Positions 48,206 through 57,014 of a stretch of DNA of 64,000 bases are shown piece after piece. Origin of the DNA: Sphingobacteriales bacterium. Lineage in GTDB: Bacteria > Bacteroidota > Bacteroidia > Chitinophagales > JADIYW01. The position numbers and the translations under genes are program-made. Where the stretch lies: assembly GCA_947460245.1 (NCBI GenBank), contig CANHGL010000005.1:25121-89120 (forward strand), read 5' to 3'. Positions within the stretch are counted from its first letter, which is position 1, and each line of letters opens with the position of its first letter. The notes under the pieces were generated by a model that was given only the letters and a program-made list of their open reading frames with translations, ran no database searches and had not been told where the DNA came from.

Positions 48206-49213
48206 TTACCAAACCTTACTGATATCCTCGCACCAGGCTCTTACCAATCCATCTTCTTCTTTTCCAACGAAGCCTTTGGAAGTCAGCATATCATAGCATA
48301 TCAGTAAATCATCCAGCATATTTTCTTTGCCGCCTTTGATATTCAAAGCTGCGAGTTCCTTACAGATCTTAGCGTTATTCAAATACCCCGGAATTTCGTC
48401 TTCGAAATCCTTCAATAGGTTGTGCTCATTACGTTCCTGCCAAACCGTAGCTTCGTGAAACAAAATACTCCAGCCATTTGCCCAGGCAATACGCTGTGCT
48501 ACATAACTTCTCCAAATATCCGTCATACGGAAACTGCAGTAGGCAGGCAAATACAACAAGGGGAAAGCTTCTTTATACCAGTAGGTATTTTGACTATTAA
48601 ACGGGCTCCAGGCTCCATCACCTAAAGCAATATTCATCCCTTTATTGAAATTCAATGGGAGGGGGTATGCCAAACGATATACTGCATCAACATCCGGATT
48701 TTCATCTGCTAATCCCTGCTGAATTGGACATATAAGTTCTTTTACTTCAAAATCTGTTAGGGGTGAAGATGGCTTTTGTAGCTCTTCTAAAGGCAAACCT
48801 CTTGGCCATATAAACTTGTCGCTGAAATAGTTGTATACGTTTACCCAACCTTTTTGTTGAATATCATAAGCTTTTACTGATTTTGTTTTGTCCATCCAAA
48901 ATTCAGGCCTTGGAAAATTGTCATCATCCGTTTCAACGATCTCCTCAGTTCCATTTTGTAAGGCGATAATATATCCTATGTTTTTTCGAGCATAGTGTTT
49001 GGTCGGACAAAGCTTGGCAAATTTTGAATCCAGGCTTAGCTGACGATCAACAGACCAAAAGTCGCAATTAGGAATATTAAAAGTTGCAGGCGATTTGGTA
49101 TCACCAATCATTATAAAGTTTACATTCCTCGCTGCAGATTCTTTAGCATAAGTATGCAATACTTCCATTGTATCTGCTCCAATCGACGTAATTACTAAAC
49201 TTTTTTTAGACAT
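48206..49213 (-). CDS. STELLO/DUF288-like putative glycosyltransferase
   Basis: The blocks KHYARKNIGYIIAL, ETDDDNFP, WPRGLP, ENPDVDAVYRL, FNSQNTYW and RMTDIWRSYVAQRI match my recollection of the conserved blocks of the DUF288/STELLO family. Confidence 0.5.
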   Translation of the reverse strand: MSKKSLVITSIGADTMEVLHTYAKESAARNVNFIMIGDTKSPATFNIPNCDFWSVDRQLSLDSKFAKLCPTKHYARKNIGYIIALQNGTEEIVETDDDNFPRPEFWMDKTKSVKAYDIQQKGWVNVYNYFSDKFIWPRGLPLEELQKPSSPLTDFEVKELICPIQQGLADENPDVDAVYRLAYPLPLNFNKGMNIALGDGAWSPFNSQNTYWYKEAFPLLYLPAYCSFRMTDIWRSYVAQRIAWANGWSILFHEATVWQERNEHNLLKDFEDEIPGYLNNAKICKELAALNIKGGKENMLDDLLICYDMLTSKGFVGKEEDGLVRAWCEDISKVW

Positions 49214-49257
49214 ATAATATTGATATATAATGTATTAAAATTACTATATTAAACTTT

Positions 49258-49992
49258 TTATAGAACAGGCGTATTCCCTAATAATCGCTGTATAAAATAG
49301 TATATCAGCGTTTGACGGGCATTTTTTACTGCAGATTTCGATACCCTTGGCGAAGGGGCCTGATAATGAATAGGAACTTCTGCAATTCTATGCTTACGTA
49401 GAAGGTACTTAACCTCTGTTTGATAAAAATGAGCTCTAGATTTCAAGGGATATTGCAATAGTTTGCCGATGATATCCCTATGAAAACCCTGAAATCCGGA
49501 GGTCATATCATATAACTTGGTACCTAACAATAAGTTAGCTAAAATCGTACCCACTTTTGATAACATCCTTCGATTGAAAGGAGAGTCGCCCATTGAGCCA
49601 TCCTTTATAAATCTAGAACCAAAGGCACATTCATTACCCTCATTTAATACTCTTAAATACATAGGTATAGCCCTTGGATCGTGAGATAAGCCTGCATCCA
49701 TTTCTATAATGATATCATGACCATTATCATAAGCAACACGGAAGCCCTTCAAGTAAGCATCCACCACATTCTTATTTTCCGGAGCCCAAACCACCTCAAA
49801 CCTGGAATCTTTCATTTCCAACTCGCGAGCCAACTCTAATGTTTTGTCCTTGGAGGCATTATCAATCACAAAATAAACCTTACCCGTACCAATCACATCC
49901 ATTACACGGGTCAACAAATCCACAAAAGGAGCGAAGTCGTCTTCTTCATTTGCCATTGGTATGGTTGCCGCCCAGTTGGTATATAAGTACAT
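49258..49992 (-). CDS. Family 2 glycosyltransferase, polyprenol-phosphate (Dpm1-like) type
   Basis: TIPMANEEDDF (the xxPxxNEE start of GT2), VIDNASKDKT, and DAGLSHDP (a D-x-D-like DAD/DAG block). 244 aa with no TM domains. Confidence 0.75.
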   Translation of the reverse strand: MYLYTNWAATIPMANEEDDFAPFVDLLTRVMDVIGTGKVYFVIDNASKDKTLELARELEMKDSRFEVVWAPENKNVVDAYLKGFRVAYDNGHDIIIEMDAGLSHDPRAIPMYLRVLNEGNECAFGSRFIKDGSMGDSPFNRRMLSKVGTILANLLLGTKLYDMTSGFQGFHRDIIGKLLQYPLKSRAHFYQTEVKYLLRKHRIAEVPIHYQAPSPRVSKSAVKNARQTLIYYFIQRLLGNTPVL

Positions 49993-50015
49993 ATATTGAG
50001 TATAGATTAAGACAG

Positions 50016-50023
50016 CAAAGATA
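50016..50023 (-). promoter_or_regulatory. Candidate -7 promoter box (TATCTTTG) for the GT2 / STELLO-like operon
   Basis: The reverse complement of CAAAGATA is an exact TAnnTTTG match, 24 nt upstream of the ATG at 49992. Confidence 0.4.
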
Positions 50024-50183
50024 GCTTAAATCATATTACTTTATGTAATCATGTCGCTAATTAAGAAACCTTTTATATCTTAGTAATAGATTTTAGTTTT
50101 TGATTTTTTGTGAAAATAAAGACTAAATAAATCTACTTTATATTAAATAGAATACACAATTTCAATATATTATATACAAATCA

Positions 50184-51605
50184 ATGAATAAAAGAATTAA
50201 TGCATTTAGCAGTGATGCAATGGGTAATATGGATGCTACATCCATTTCCGAGGCTATTGCAAACAAGTCTGTTTCCGTTTCAGAAATTACAGAAGCGGCC
50301 ATTGCCCGAGCTGAAAGTGTGAATGGCGCTTTAAATGCCATTGTCATAAAGACTTATGATGATGCAAGAAACAATTCTCCCCAACAAAAAGACAGCATAT
50401 TTTATGGTGTTCCTACCTTCATCAAGGATAATGAGCCTTTAAAAGGATACCCCACACAAAAAGGTACGGGTGCTTTCAAAGCCAAACCTGAAAAAAAGAA
50501 TAGTAAATACACTAATCAGTTTCTGTCAACCGGGCTTAATTGCCTCGGCAAGAGCACATTACCGGAATTTGGATTTATTTGCAGTACAGAAAATGAGCGT
50601 TGGGGCATAACCAGAAACCCCTGGGATACTGATTATACCACAGGTGGTTCTTCTTCAGGTTCGGCAGCACTGGTAGCCAGTGGAGTAGTTCCAATAGCGG
50701 TTGCCAACGATGGTGCAGGGTCTACCCGAATTCCGGCATCCTGCTGCGGTTTGGTAGGACTAAAACCCACCAGAGGCAGATTATTGCCGCTACATGGAAC
50801 AGAGACGTTGCCTGTAAACATCGTATACTCGGGTGTGCTAACGAGATCCGTAAGAGATACTGCAGCTTTTTATTCGGGAGCTGAGCAATACTACTATAAT
50901 TCTAAATTACCCAAATTAGGTCATATTCAATTGCCACTGAATCGAAGATTGCGCATTGCTTTGTTCGAGAATTTACCCGCAGATCGTCAGGGGCATATGG
51001 ATGAGGATACCTACCGTGTGCAGCTAGAAACCGCAAAATTATTGGAATCCTTAGGACATCAAGTAGAAATTATTAAAGTTCCGCTTAATATTGAAGACCT
51101 TACCGTACATTATTTAAATTACTACGGATTTCTATCGTATATGACCAATACATTTAGTCGGCTGGTTTTAGGGGCAAAGGTAGATAAATCTGTTTTGGAA
51201 CCTTTTACAATAGGATTGATGGATACGTTTAAGAAGAATAAATTTCAGCTTCCCAAAAGTTTGCGCATACTGAAAAAGTCGGCTGAAGAAACAGAAAGCA
51301 AACTAGAGCAGAATTATGATTTGATAATGACATCTGTTACAACGAAAATCACTCCAAAGATTGGTTATTTTTCTCCCACATTGAGTTATGATGAAATTGC
51401 ATATCGTGCGGCTGACTTTGCCTCATTTTTACCTTTATTCAATATCTCGGGATCTCCAGCTATTTCCTTGCCATTAGGAACTGCAAGCAATGGAATGCCT
51501 GTTGGGGTACAATTTGCGGCACCATTTGGAAAAGACGCCCTATTGATAGAACTTGCTTTGGAGCTGGAAGCGGCACAACCCTGGAAATTTATTTATAACG
51601 CCTAA
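50184..51605 (+). CDS. Amidase-signature family amidase
   Basis: AS signature GGSSSGSAALVASG with the upstream catalytic Lys block PTFIKDN. 473 aa. Confidence 0.8.
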   Translation: MNKRINAFSSDAMGNMDATSISEAIANKSVSVSEITEAAIARAESVNGALNAIVIKTYDDARNNSPQQKDSIFYGVPTFIKDNEPLKGYPTQKGTGAFKAKPEKKNSKYTNQFLSTGLNCLGKSTLPEFGFICSTENERWGITRNPWDTDYTTGGSSSGSAALVASGVVPIAVANDGAGSTRIPASCCGLVGLKPTRGRLLPLHGTETLPVNIVYSGVLTRSVRDTAAFYSGAEQYYYNSKLPKLGHIQLPLNRRLRIALFENLPADRQGHMDEDTYRVQLETAKLLESLGHQVEIIKVPLNIEDLTVHYLNYYGFLSYMTNTFSRLVLGAKVDKSVLEPFTIGLMDTFKKNKFQLPKSLRILKKSAEETESKLEQNYDLIMTSVTTKITPKIGYFSPTLSYDEIAYRAADFASFLPLFNISGSPAISLPLGTASNGMPVGVQFAAPFGKDALLIELALELEAAQPWKFIYNA

Positions 51606-51617
51606 AAGCTAATTGAT

Positions 51618-51836
51618 TTGTTGACACCCCAAGCCAATAACCCGCTACATGGTAAGAACCTGGAGAGTATCCTCGAATATTTAGTAGATTATTATGGATG
51701 GGAGTATTTAGGCACACAGATTAATATTCGTTGCTTTAACTATGACCCCAGCATCAAATCCAGTTTAAAGTTTTTACGTAGAACGCCATGGGCGAGAAAG
51801 AAAGTAGAGGAGATGTATTTAGAAAGCTTAGGGTAG
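51618..51836 (+). CDS. VF530/DUF2132-family small protein
   Basis: 72 aa. [25 protein letters not shown]...IRCF...[24 protein letters not shown] matches the family pattern as I recall it. TTG start. Confidence 0.55.
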   Translation: MLTPQANNPLHGKNLESILEYLVDYYGWEYLGTQINIRCFNYDPSIKSSLKFLRRTPWARKKVEEMYLESLG

Positions 51837-51843
51837 TTTAAAG

Positions 51844-53181
51844 CTATTCTGCAAAATTGATTTTGACAGCTCTATTTTTAATCTTCTGATCTTTAGCCAA
51901 TTTGAGTACTTTATCTGCTTTTTCACGTTTTACTGCAGCATAAGCGAAAAAATCTTTCACATCTACAAATCCCAATTCATCTCTGTTGAGTTTCCCAACT
52001 TTAGACAAGAATCCTACGATATCCGTCTTATTTATGGCATCTTTTTTGCCTTTGCTGATGAATAAGGTGACCCAAAGTGGAGGAGAAGGCAGTGAATATT
52101 TATCAGATAGCTCTAAAACTTCAGTGCTTTCAGCCAGATAGGCTGGGCGTTCCTCCTTTTGGGTTAGAATCATAAAAGCACTGCCTGAGGCATGCATGCG
52201 CGCGGTTCGGCCATTTCTGTGTATGAAAACCTCTTCAGAATGTGGCTGCTGGTAATGAATAATATTCTTTACTTCGCGGATATCCAAACCTCTGGAAGCT
52301 AAATCTGTAGTAATCAAAACATTAACACTACCATTAGTAAATTTTACCAATACACGCTCTCTTTCTTTTTGGTCGAGTTTACCATGAAAACATGCATTTT
52401 CTATGTTTTTACGATTCAGATGATCACTGATACGCTCTACAACTTCGCGGTGATTACAAAAAACGATGGTAGGTGCATTGCTGTCCAGGCTGCAGAGTAA
52501 CTTTAAAAAAGCTTCCAGCTTATCTACATCTTCCGAAAGCACTAATTTTACAGAAAGACGGGTATTTGAAGTACTATCTTTATCTAAAAAATTAAGCTCC
52601 CGAACCTCTGATATTTTTATATACCTAGGAATATCAATGGATTGTGTAGCAGATATTAAAATTTTACTTTTAACATTTGGAAGATGCTGAACTATATATT
52701 CCATTTCCTTAGAAAAACCAAATTCCAAAGATTTATCAAATTCATCGAAGATTAATGTATGCAGAGCGGTCGTATTAAATGTTCCTTTACCTATATGATC
52801 TGCGATTCTACCTGGAGTACCAATCAGAACTGAGGGAGGAGACGATAAATTGTTCTTTTCCACCTTAAAATCATGGCCTCCGTAGCAACAATTTACCTTT
52901 AAACCGGTCTTCATCTGCTTAAAAACAGACTCTATCTGAAGCGCAAGTTCTCTGGAAGGCACCAATATCAATGCTTGAACGTGAGTGGATTCTTTATCTA
53001 TAAGCTTTAATAATGGCAGTAAATAAGCCAATGTTTTACCGCTTCCTGTTGGCGACAAGAGCATTATATCAGAAGAGTGCTTAAAATGTTCGAGCATGGA
53101 TTGCTGCATAGGATTCAGAGCATCTATGGAAAAATGCTGAAGAATCTGATCTAAATTTTGATTTTCATTCATGAAGTCCAA
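51844..53181 (-). CDS. DEAD-box-family RNA helicase with DbpA-type C-terminal RNA-binding domain (motif II = DEFD)
   Basis: Q motif/motif I (LNPMQQS..., SPTGSGKT), motif II IFDEFD, motif III SAT, motif VI HRNGRTAR. The C-terminal about 75 aa (LFISKGKKDAINKTDIVGFL...) look like a DbpA domain. Confidence 0.8.
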   Translation of the reverse strand: MDFMNENQNLDQILQHFSIDALNPMQQSMLEHFKHSSDIMLLSPTGSGKTLAYLLPLLKLIDKESTHVQALILVPSRELALQIESVFKQMKTGLKVNCCYGGHDFKVEKNNLSSPPSVLIGTPGRIADHIGKGTFNTTALHTLIFDEFDKSLEFGFSKEMEYIVQHLPNVKSKILISATQSIDIPRYIKISEVRELNFLDKDSTSNTRLSVKLVLSEDVDKLEAFLKLLCSLDSNAPTIVFCNHREVVERISDHLNRKNIENACFHGKLDQKERERVLVKFTNGSVNVLITTDLASRGLDIREVKNIIHYQQPHSEEVFIHRNGRTARMHASGSAFMILTQKEERPAYLAESTEVLELSDKYSLPSPPLWVTLFISKGKKDAINKTDIVGFLSKVGKLNRDELGFVDVKDFFAYAAVKREKADKVLKLAKDQKIKNRAVKINFAE

Positions 53182-53364
53182 AGGTAAACTTTACAGCAAA
53201 GAACAAAGATTTTAATTCGTTACCTTTATAATAATTAGGTTGAGTATGAATCTATTCTCCAATACAACCCATTATAAATAAGAAACTTACATTGTATTTT
53301 GTCCTATAATTTATATTATGTTAAATAGAGTTAAGCCATAACAAGGAGCTCTATATAAGGCTTA

Positions 53365-55089
53365 TTAAGATCTTGGAAAACGCTTATACTGATCATAGGC
53401 ATAAAAGCTAAGATACTCACCATCTTCTATACTTTTTTGAATTGCCCTCCAATATTTAGGTTCAAATAATTCGCTGTGCTCAGCTAAAAAGATATCACCG
53501 ATTGGTCCATCAGGAGCCATAAAACCCATGAACTCTTCCGGAAAAATATCATTGGATTCAGCATGTATCATATCAAAAGTTCCTCGGGTATCATCCTCTA
53601 GATTAGGTTGTGGCAGTCTGCGGAATCTGCATTCTGTTACTTCTGCTATTTCATCATAATCATAGAAAATAACCCGACCATGACGGGTAACCCCAAAGTT
53701 CTTTAATAATAGATCCCCAGGGAAAATATTGGCAGCTGCCAGCTCTTTAACACAAAATCCATAATCCAGAATAACACTGCACAAATCAATAGGATTTTTG
53801 GTTTCCTTGAGATAGAGATTTAAAGGCGTCATTCTTCGTTCAATATAAACGTGTTTCAGCAATACCTTATCGCCTTTAAATTCGACGGTTTCTTTACACG
53901 AACGCTCTAATTCTTCTATAAGTTCAGTGGTAAAAAGATGCGCTGGAAACTCCAAATTCTCAAATAAGTGGGCAAATGCCATCCTTCCTACTCTGTCATT
54001 TACCTCAACCTCTTCGTATTTCTTAATTACAAATTCACGGGTACAATTTTTAGGGGCTTCAAATTTATCACGTATCACTTTAAACACAAAATTGTAATAC
54101 TTAAGGGTAAAAACGGCCATCACCATACCCTTTATTCCGGGTGCGATAATAAACTTATCGTCATGACTATTGGTATAATTTACCAAATCCCTGTATAATA
54201 TAGTCTTACCATGACGGTAATAACCAATAGAATCATACAACTCTCCCACTGCTTTATGGGTTAACATCGCTTTCAGGTAGTCAATAATTTGCGCAGGGTA
54301 TTTTGTAGAAACAAAGAAGGACGCACGGGTAAAACTAAAGATGATACTGATTTCAGCCGGTATGTAAATTACAGCATCTACAAAAATGCCCTTTTCCTCA
54401 TTCAAAAGCGGAATAACTATAGGCATTGACCAATTCTTATAAAATAGCCTTCCTATAATAAAAGCACCTCTGTTTCTATAGAAAACAGGCTTTAAAATCT
54501 CAATTCTATCTAATAAGAGATTTGATTTTTGATGAATAATAACAGGAGCCATTTCATCAAAAATATGCTGTGCATCTCTTTTGATGTCTTCATATGGTAC
54601 ATCAAATTTAAAATGATGAAGTATTTGTGTAATAGCAGCAACAGAGAAATGGGAACAATCAAAAATCTCAAAAATCTCCTCATCAAATTTTGGCATAGGC
54701 TTATAATCCGTCTGATCAAAAAACTCTATATCCGGATTAAAACTCTTATCCAGAAATACTTTCCTTGTAATAGAATTATAAAATGTTTCAGAATTTAGTC
54801 GATGCGGTTTGTCTTTAATAAGATCAGAGTAAATTAGCTTAATATCTTTCCAATAAGTAATATCATGAATATGATCTCCTAAAATTTGTTGGGTTAAGGA
54901 ATACACTTCTCTTACATAGTTACCATATAGTTTATAGCGATCCTTCTGACCTTTAAATAAGTCTTTAAAGTTTCTATTTTCAAAGTACAGCTTGGCGTGC
55001 TCAGTAATATCATTGAAGTTAGTAAGTAGGATATCATATTTTTCAGCAATATTGCTGGCTACCATATGAACGGTATCTTTCTTTGTCAT
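53365..55089 (-). CDS. aceK: Isocitrate dehydrogenase kinase/phosphatase homologue
   Basis: 574 aa, collinear with E. coli AceK as I remember it: APGIKGMVMAVFTL, FKVIRDKF, NDRVGRMA, HVYIERRMTPLNLYL, AAANIFPGDLLLKNFGVTRHGRVIFYDYDEI, and FPEEF near the C terminus. Confidence 0.85.
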   Translation of the reverse strand: MTKKDTVHMVASNIAEKYDILLTNFNDITEHAKLYFENRNFKDLFKGQKDRYKLYGNYVREVYSLTQQILGDHIHDITYWKDIKLIYSDLIKDKPHRLNSETFYNSITRKVFLDKSFNPDIEFFDQTDYKPMPKFDEEIFEIFDCSHFSVAAITQILHHFKFDVPYEDIKRDAQHIFDEMAPVIIHQKSNLLLDRIEILKPVFYRNRGAFIIGRLFYKNWSMPIVIPLLNEEKGIFVDAVIYIPAEISIIFSFTRASFFVSTKYPAQIIDYLKAMLTHKAVGELYDSIGYYRHGKTILYRDLVNYTNSHDDKFIIAPGIKGMVMAVFTLKYYNFVFKVIRDKFEAPKNCTREFVIKKYEEVEVNDRVGRMAFAHLFENLEFPAHLFTTELIEELERSCKETVEFKGDKVLLKHVYIERRMTPLNLYLKETKNPIDLCSVILDYGFCVKELAAANIFPGDLLLKNFGVTRHGRVIFYDYDEIAEVTECRFRRLPQPNLEDDTRGTFDMIHAESNDIFPEEFMGFMAPDGPIGDIFLAEHSELFEPKYWRAIQKSIEDGEYLSFYAYDQYKRFPRS

Positions 55090-55121
55090 TTTGTAGTATT
55101 TTTGACTTTCAGTCTTACAAA

Positions 55122-55129
55122 CAAATATA
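55122..55129 (-). promoter_or_regulatory. Candidate -7 promoter box (TATATTTG) for aceK
   Basis: The reverse complement of CAAATATA is an exact TAnnTTTG match, 33 nt upstream of the aceK ATG. Confidence 0.35.
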
Positions 55130-55199
55130 ATTAAATAAAGCTGATTGATATTTAGGTATTTGAACTGTTTAGTTTAATAAACACACCATTGTTTTAAAA

Positions 55200-57014
55200 G
55201 TGCATAAAAAGTTAGTTATCCATATCATCTTATTTTTTCTAATGGCAGCATGGAAAGCTGACTATGCCAAAACTATTCGTATCGATAATAATTTTAACTC
55301 CTTAGAACTCTATAATGGATTAAGTAAAAAAAAGAGCTCCACTCCCGACCTCTTTAAACTGTCTATAAAATTACTGAATACTACTACTGAAAACAGACAA
55401 CTATACCTTAGTATTATCAACCCAACTTTAGATAGCATATTCATTTTTGAAAATGGTAGCACCTCTATATTAGGAGATTATCAATCCTTCAATAAACGAA
55501 AGTTTAAACACATCAATCATGTATACCCAATATTACTTCATGGTAGCGAAGAAAAAGAAATCATCCTAAACATCAGAGAGCAACATCAGTATAATAATTT
55601 CAGAATCACCCTGACAACAGAAAATAATTTTATAAAAACAACAAATCATGATAATTTTTTTATCGGTATTTTCTTCGGACTTCTTTTTACTTATCTATTA
55701 TTATTGATATGCTTGTATATATTTAGCAAAAGCAGATTTTATTTAAAATATTTAACTATAAACGTCTTCATGATCCTTATATACCTACAATTTACAGGTA
55801 TTGGGAATCAGTATGTTTGGTTCTATTCAGTAACAGTTCAGAAATACATAACTATTATTGCAGTAAGCGGATATATTATTTCACACATATATTTTATTAG
55901 AACTTTTTTTTCAGCAGAATCTAACTATAATATAGGAAGGTATTTATTTATAATATTTAGTACCATAATGATATTATTACTTATATCCTACCTATTAGAT
56001 ATCTATCAACCTATGATTCAATATCTACAAAAGAACAGCTTATTTTATACTTTAAATACTGTTTTTTTAGGATATGGTGCATATATACTTGTTGTATCAG
56101 TTTATTCTTATATCAATACAGGAAGAAGAGAAAGTATCTGGATAATATCAGGAACCGGATTGCATATAATAAACTGGATATTATTTATCAATAATAATTA
56201 CGGAACGAATTATATTCTAAATTCAATAGACTTATTAAAATTAAGAACAAACCATGTATTTATAGCACCAATAAATTTTTATCTGACAACTGTAGAAATA
56301 ATAATGGTATCTATATTCTTAGCCACAAACTATTACAAACTTATTTATGAGAATAATATATCTTCTAAAAAGCTAAATCTGCTTCAAAAAAAGAATTTGA
56401 ATAGATTTATTCTTGGCCAGGAAGAAGAAAGAAATAGAATATCATCAGATGTAACAGATGTCATCTTAAAAGATATACAAATACTAAAAAAAACAATTAA
56501 TTCGTTAAAATTAAAAGATGATCCAAAAGAAATACTACCTAATGTAATTTTGGATATTGATAAAACCATTCAAGACATAAGAGATATTAGCGGAAACTAT
56601 ATTGCACCTGAAATACAAAAAATGTCTGTTAAGGACATAATAATTACTGCGACTAATAAGCTAAATGACTATTTAATAACAGAATATCAATTGCCTAATA
56701 TCACAGATGCAGTATTCCTGAATTCAACAGCGAATATAAATCTATATCGGATTCTGCAGGAAATCTCAAATAATATCATTAAACATGCAAATGCAAATCA
56801 TGTAACTATAAGAATTACCATCGATGAGAAAACTACACAAATTACAATAGAAGATAACGGAATTGGATTTAATCAGGATATTAAAAATACAGGAATTGGA
56901 TTAATGAATATTGAATCCAGAGTTAATCTATTAAATGGAGCTATAAATATATCCCCATTAGAAAATCACGGAACATCTATAAATATTCTAATTCCAATAA
57001 TAAATAACCAATGA
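55200..57014 (+). CDS. 7TM-DISM sensor kinase paralogue A: intact HATPase_c boxes, phospho-acceptor His replaced by Thr
   Basis: Signal peptide, an extracytoplasmic domain of about 130 aa, seven hydrophobic helices and a linker. A HisKA_3-like H-box reads EERNRISSDVTD, followed by N box LQEISNNIIKHA, G1 EDNGIGF and G2 TGIGLMNIESR. GTG start. Confidence 0.75.
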   Translation: MHKKLVIHIILFFLMAAWKADYAKTIRIDNNFNSLELYNGLSKKKSSTPDLFKLSIKLLNTTTENRQLYLSIINPTLDSIFIFENGSTSILGDYQSFNKRKFKHINHVYPILLHGSEEKEIILNIREQHQYNNFRITLTTENNFIKTTNHDNFFIGIFFGLLFTYLLLLICLYIFSKSRFYLKYLTINVFMILIYLQFTGIGNQYVWFYSVTVQKYITIIAVSGYIISHIYFIRTFFSAESNYNIGRYLFIIFSTIMILLLISYLLDIYQPMIQYLQKNSLFYTLNTVFLGYGAYILVVSVYSYINTGRRESIWIISGTGLHIINWILFINNNYGTNYILNSIDLLKLRTNHVFIAPINFYLTTVEIIMVSIFLATNYYKLIYENNISSKKLNLLQKKNLNRFILGQEEERNRISSDVTDVILKDIQILKKTINSLKLKDDPKEILPNVILDIDKTIQDIRDISGNYIAPEIQKMSVKDIIITATNKLNDYLITEYQLPNITDAVFLNSTANINLYRILQEISNNIIKHANANHVTIRITIDEKTTQITIEDNGIGFNQDIKNTGIGLMNIESRVNLLNGAINISPLENHGTSINILIPIINNQ

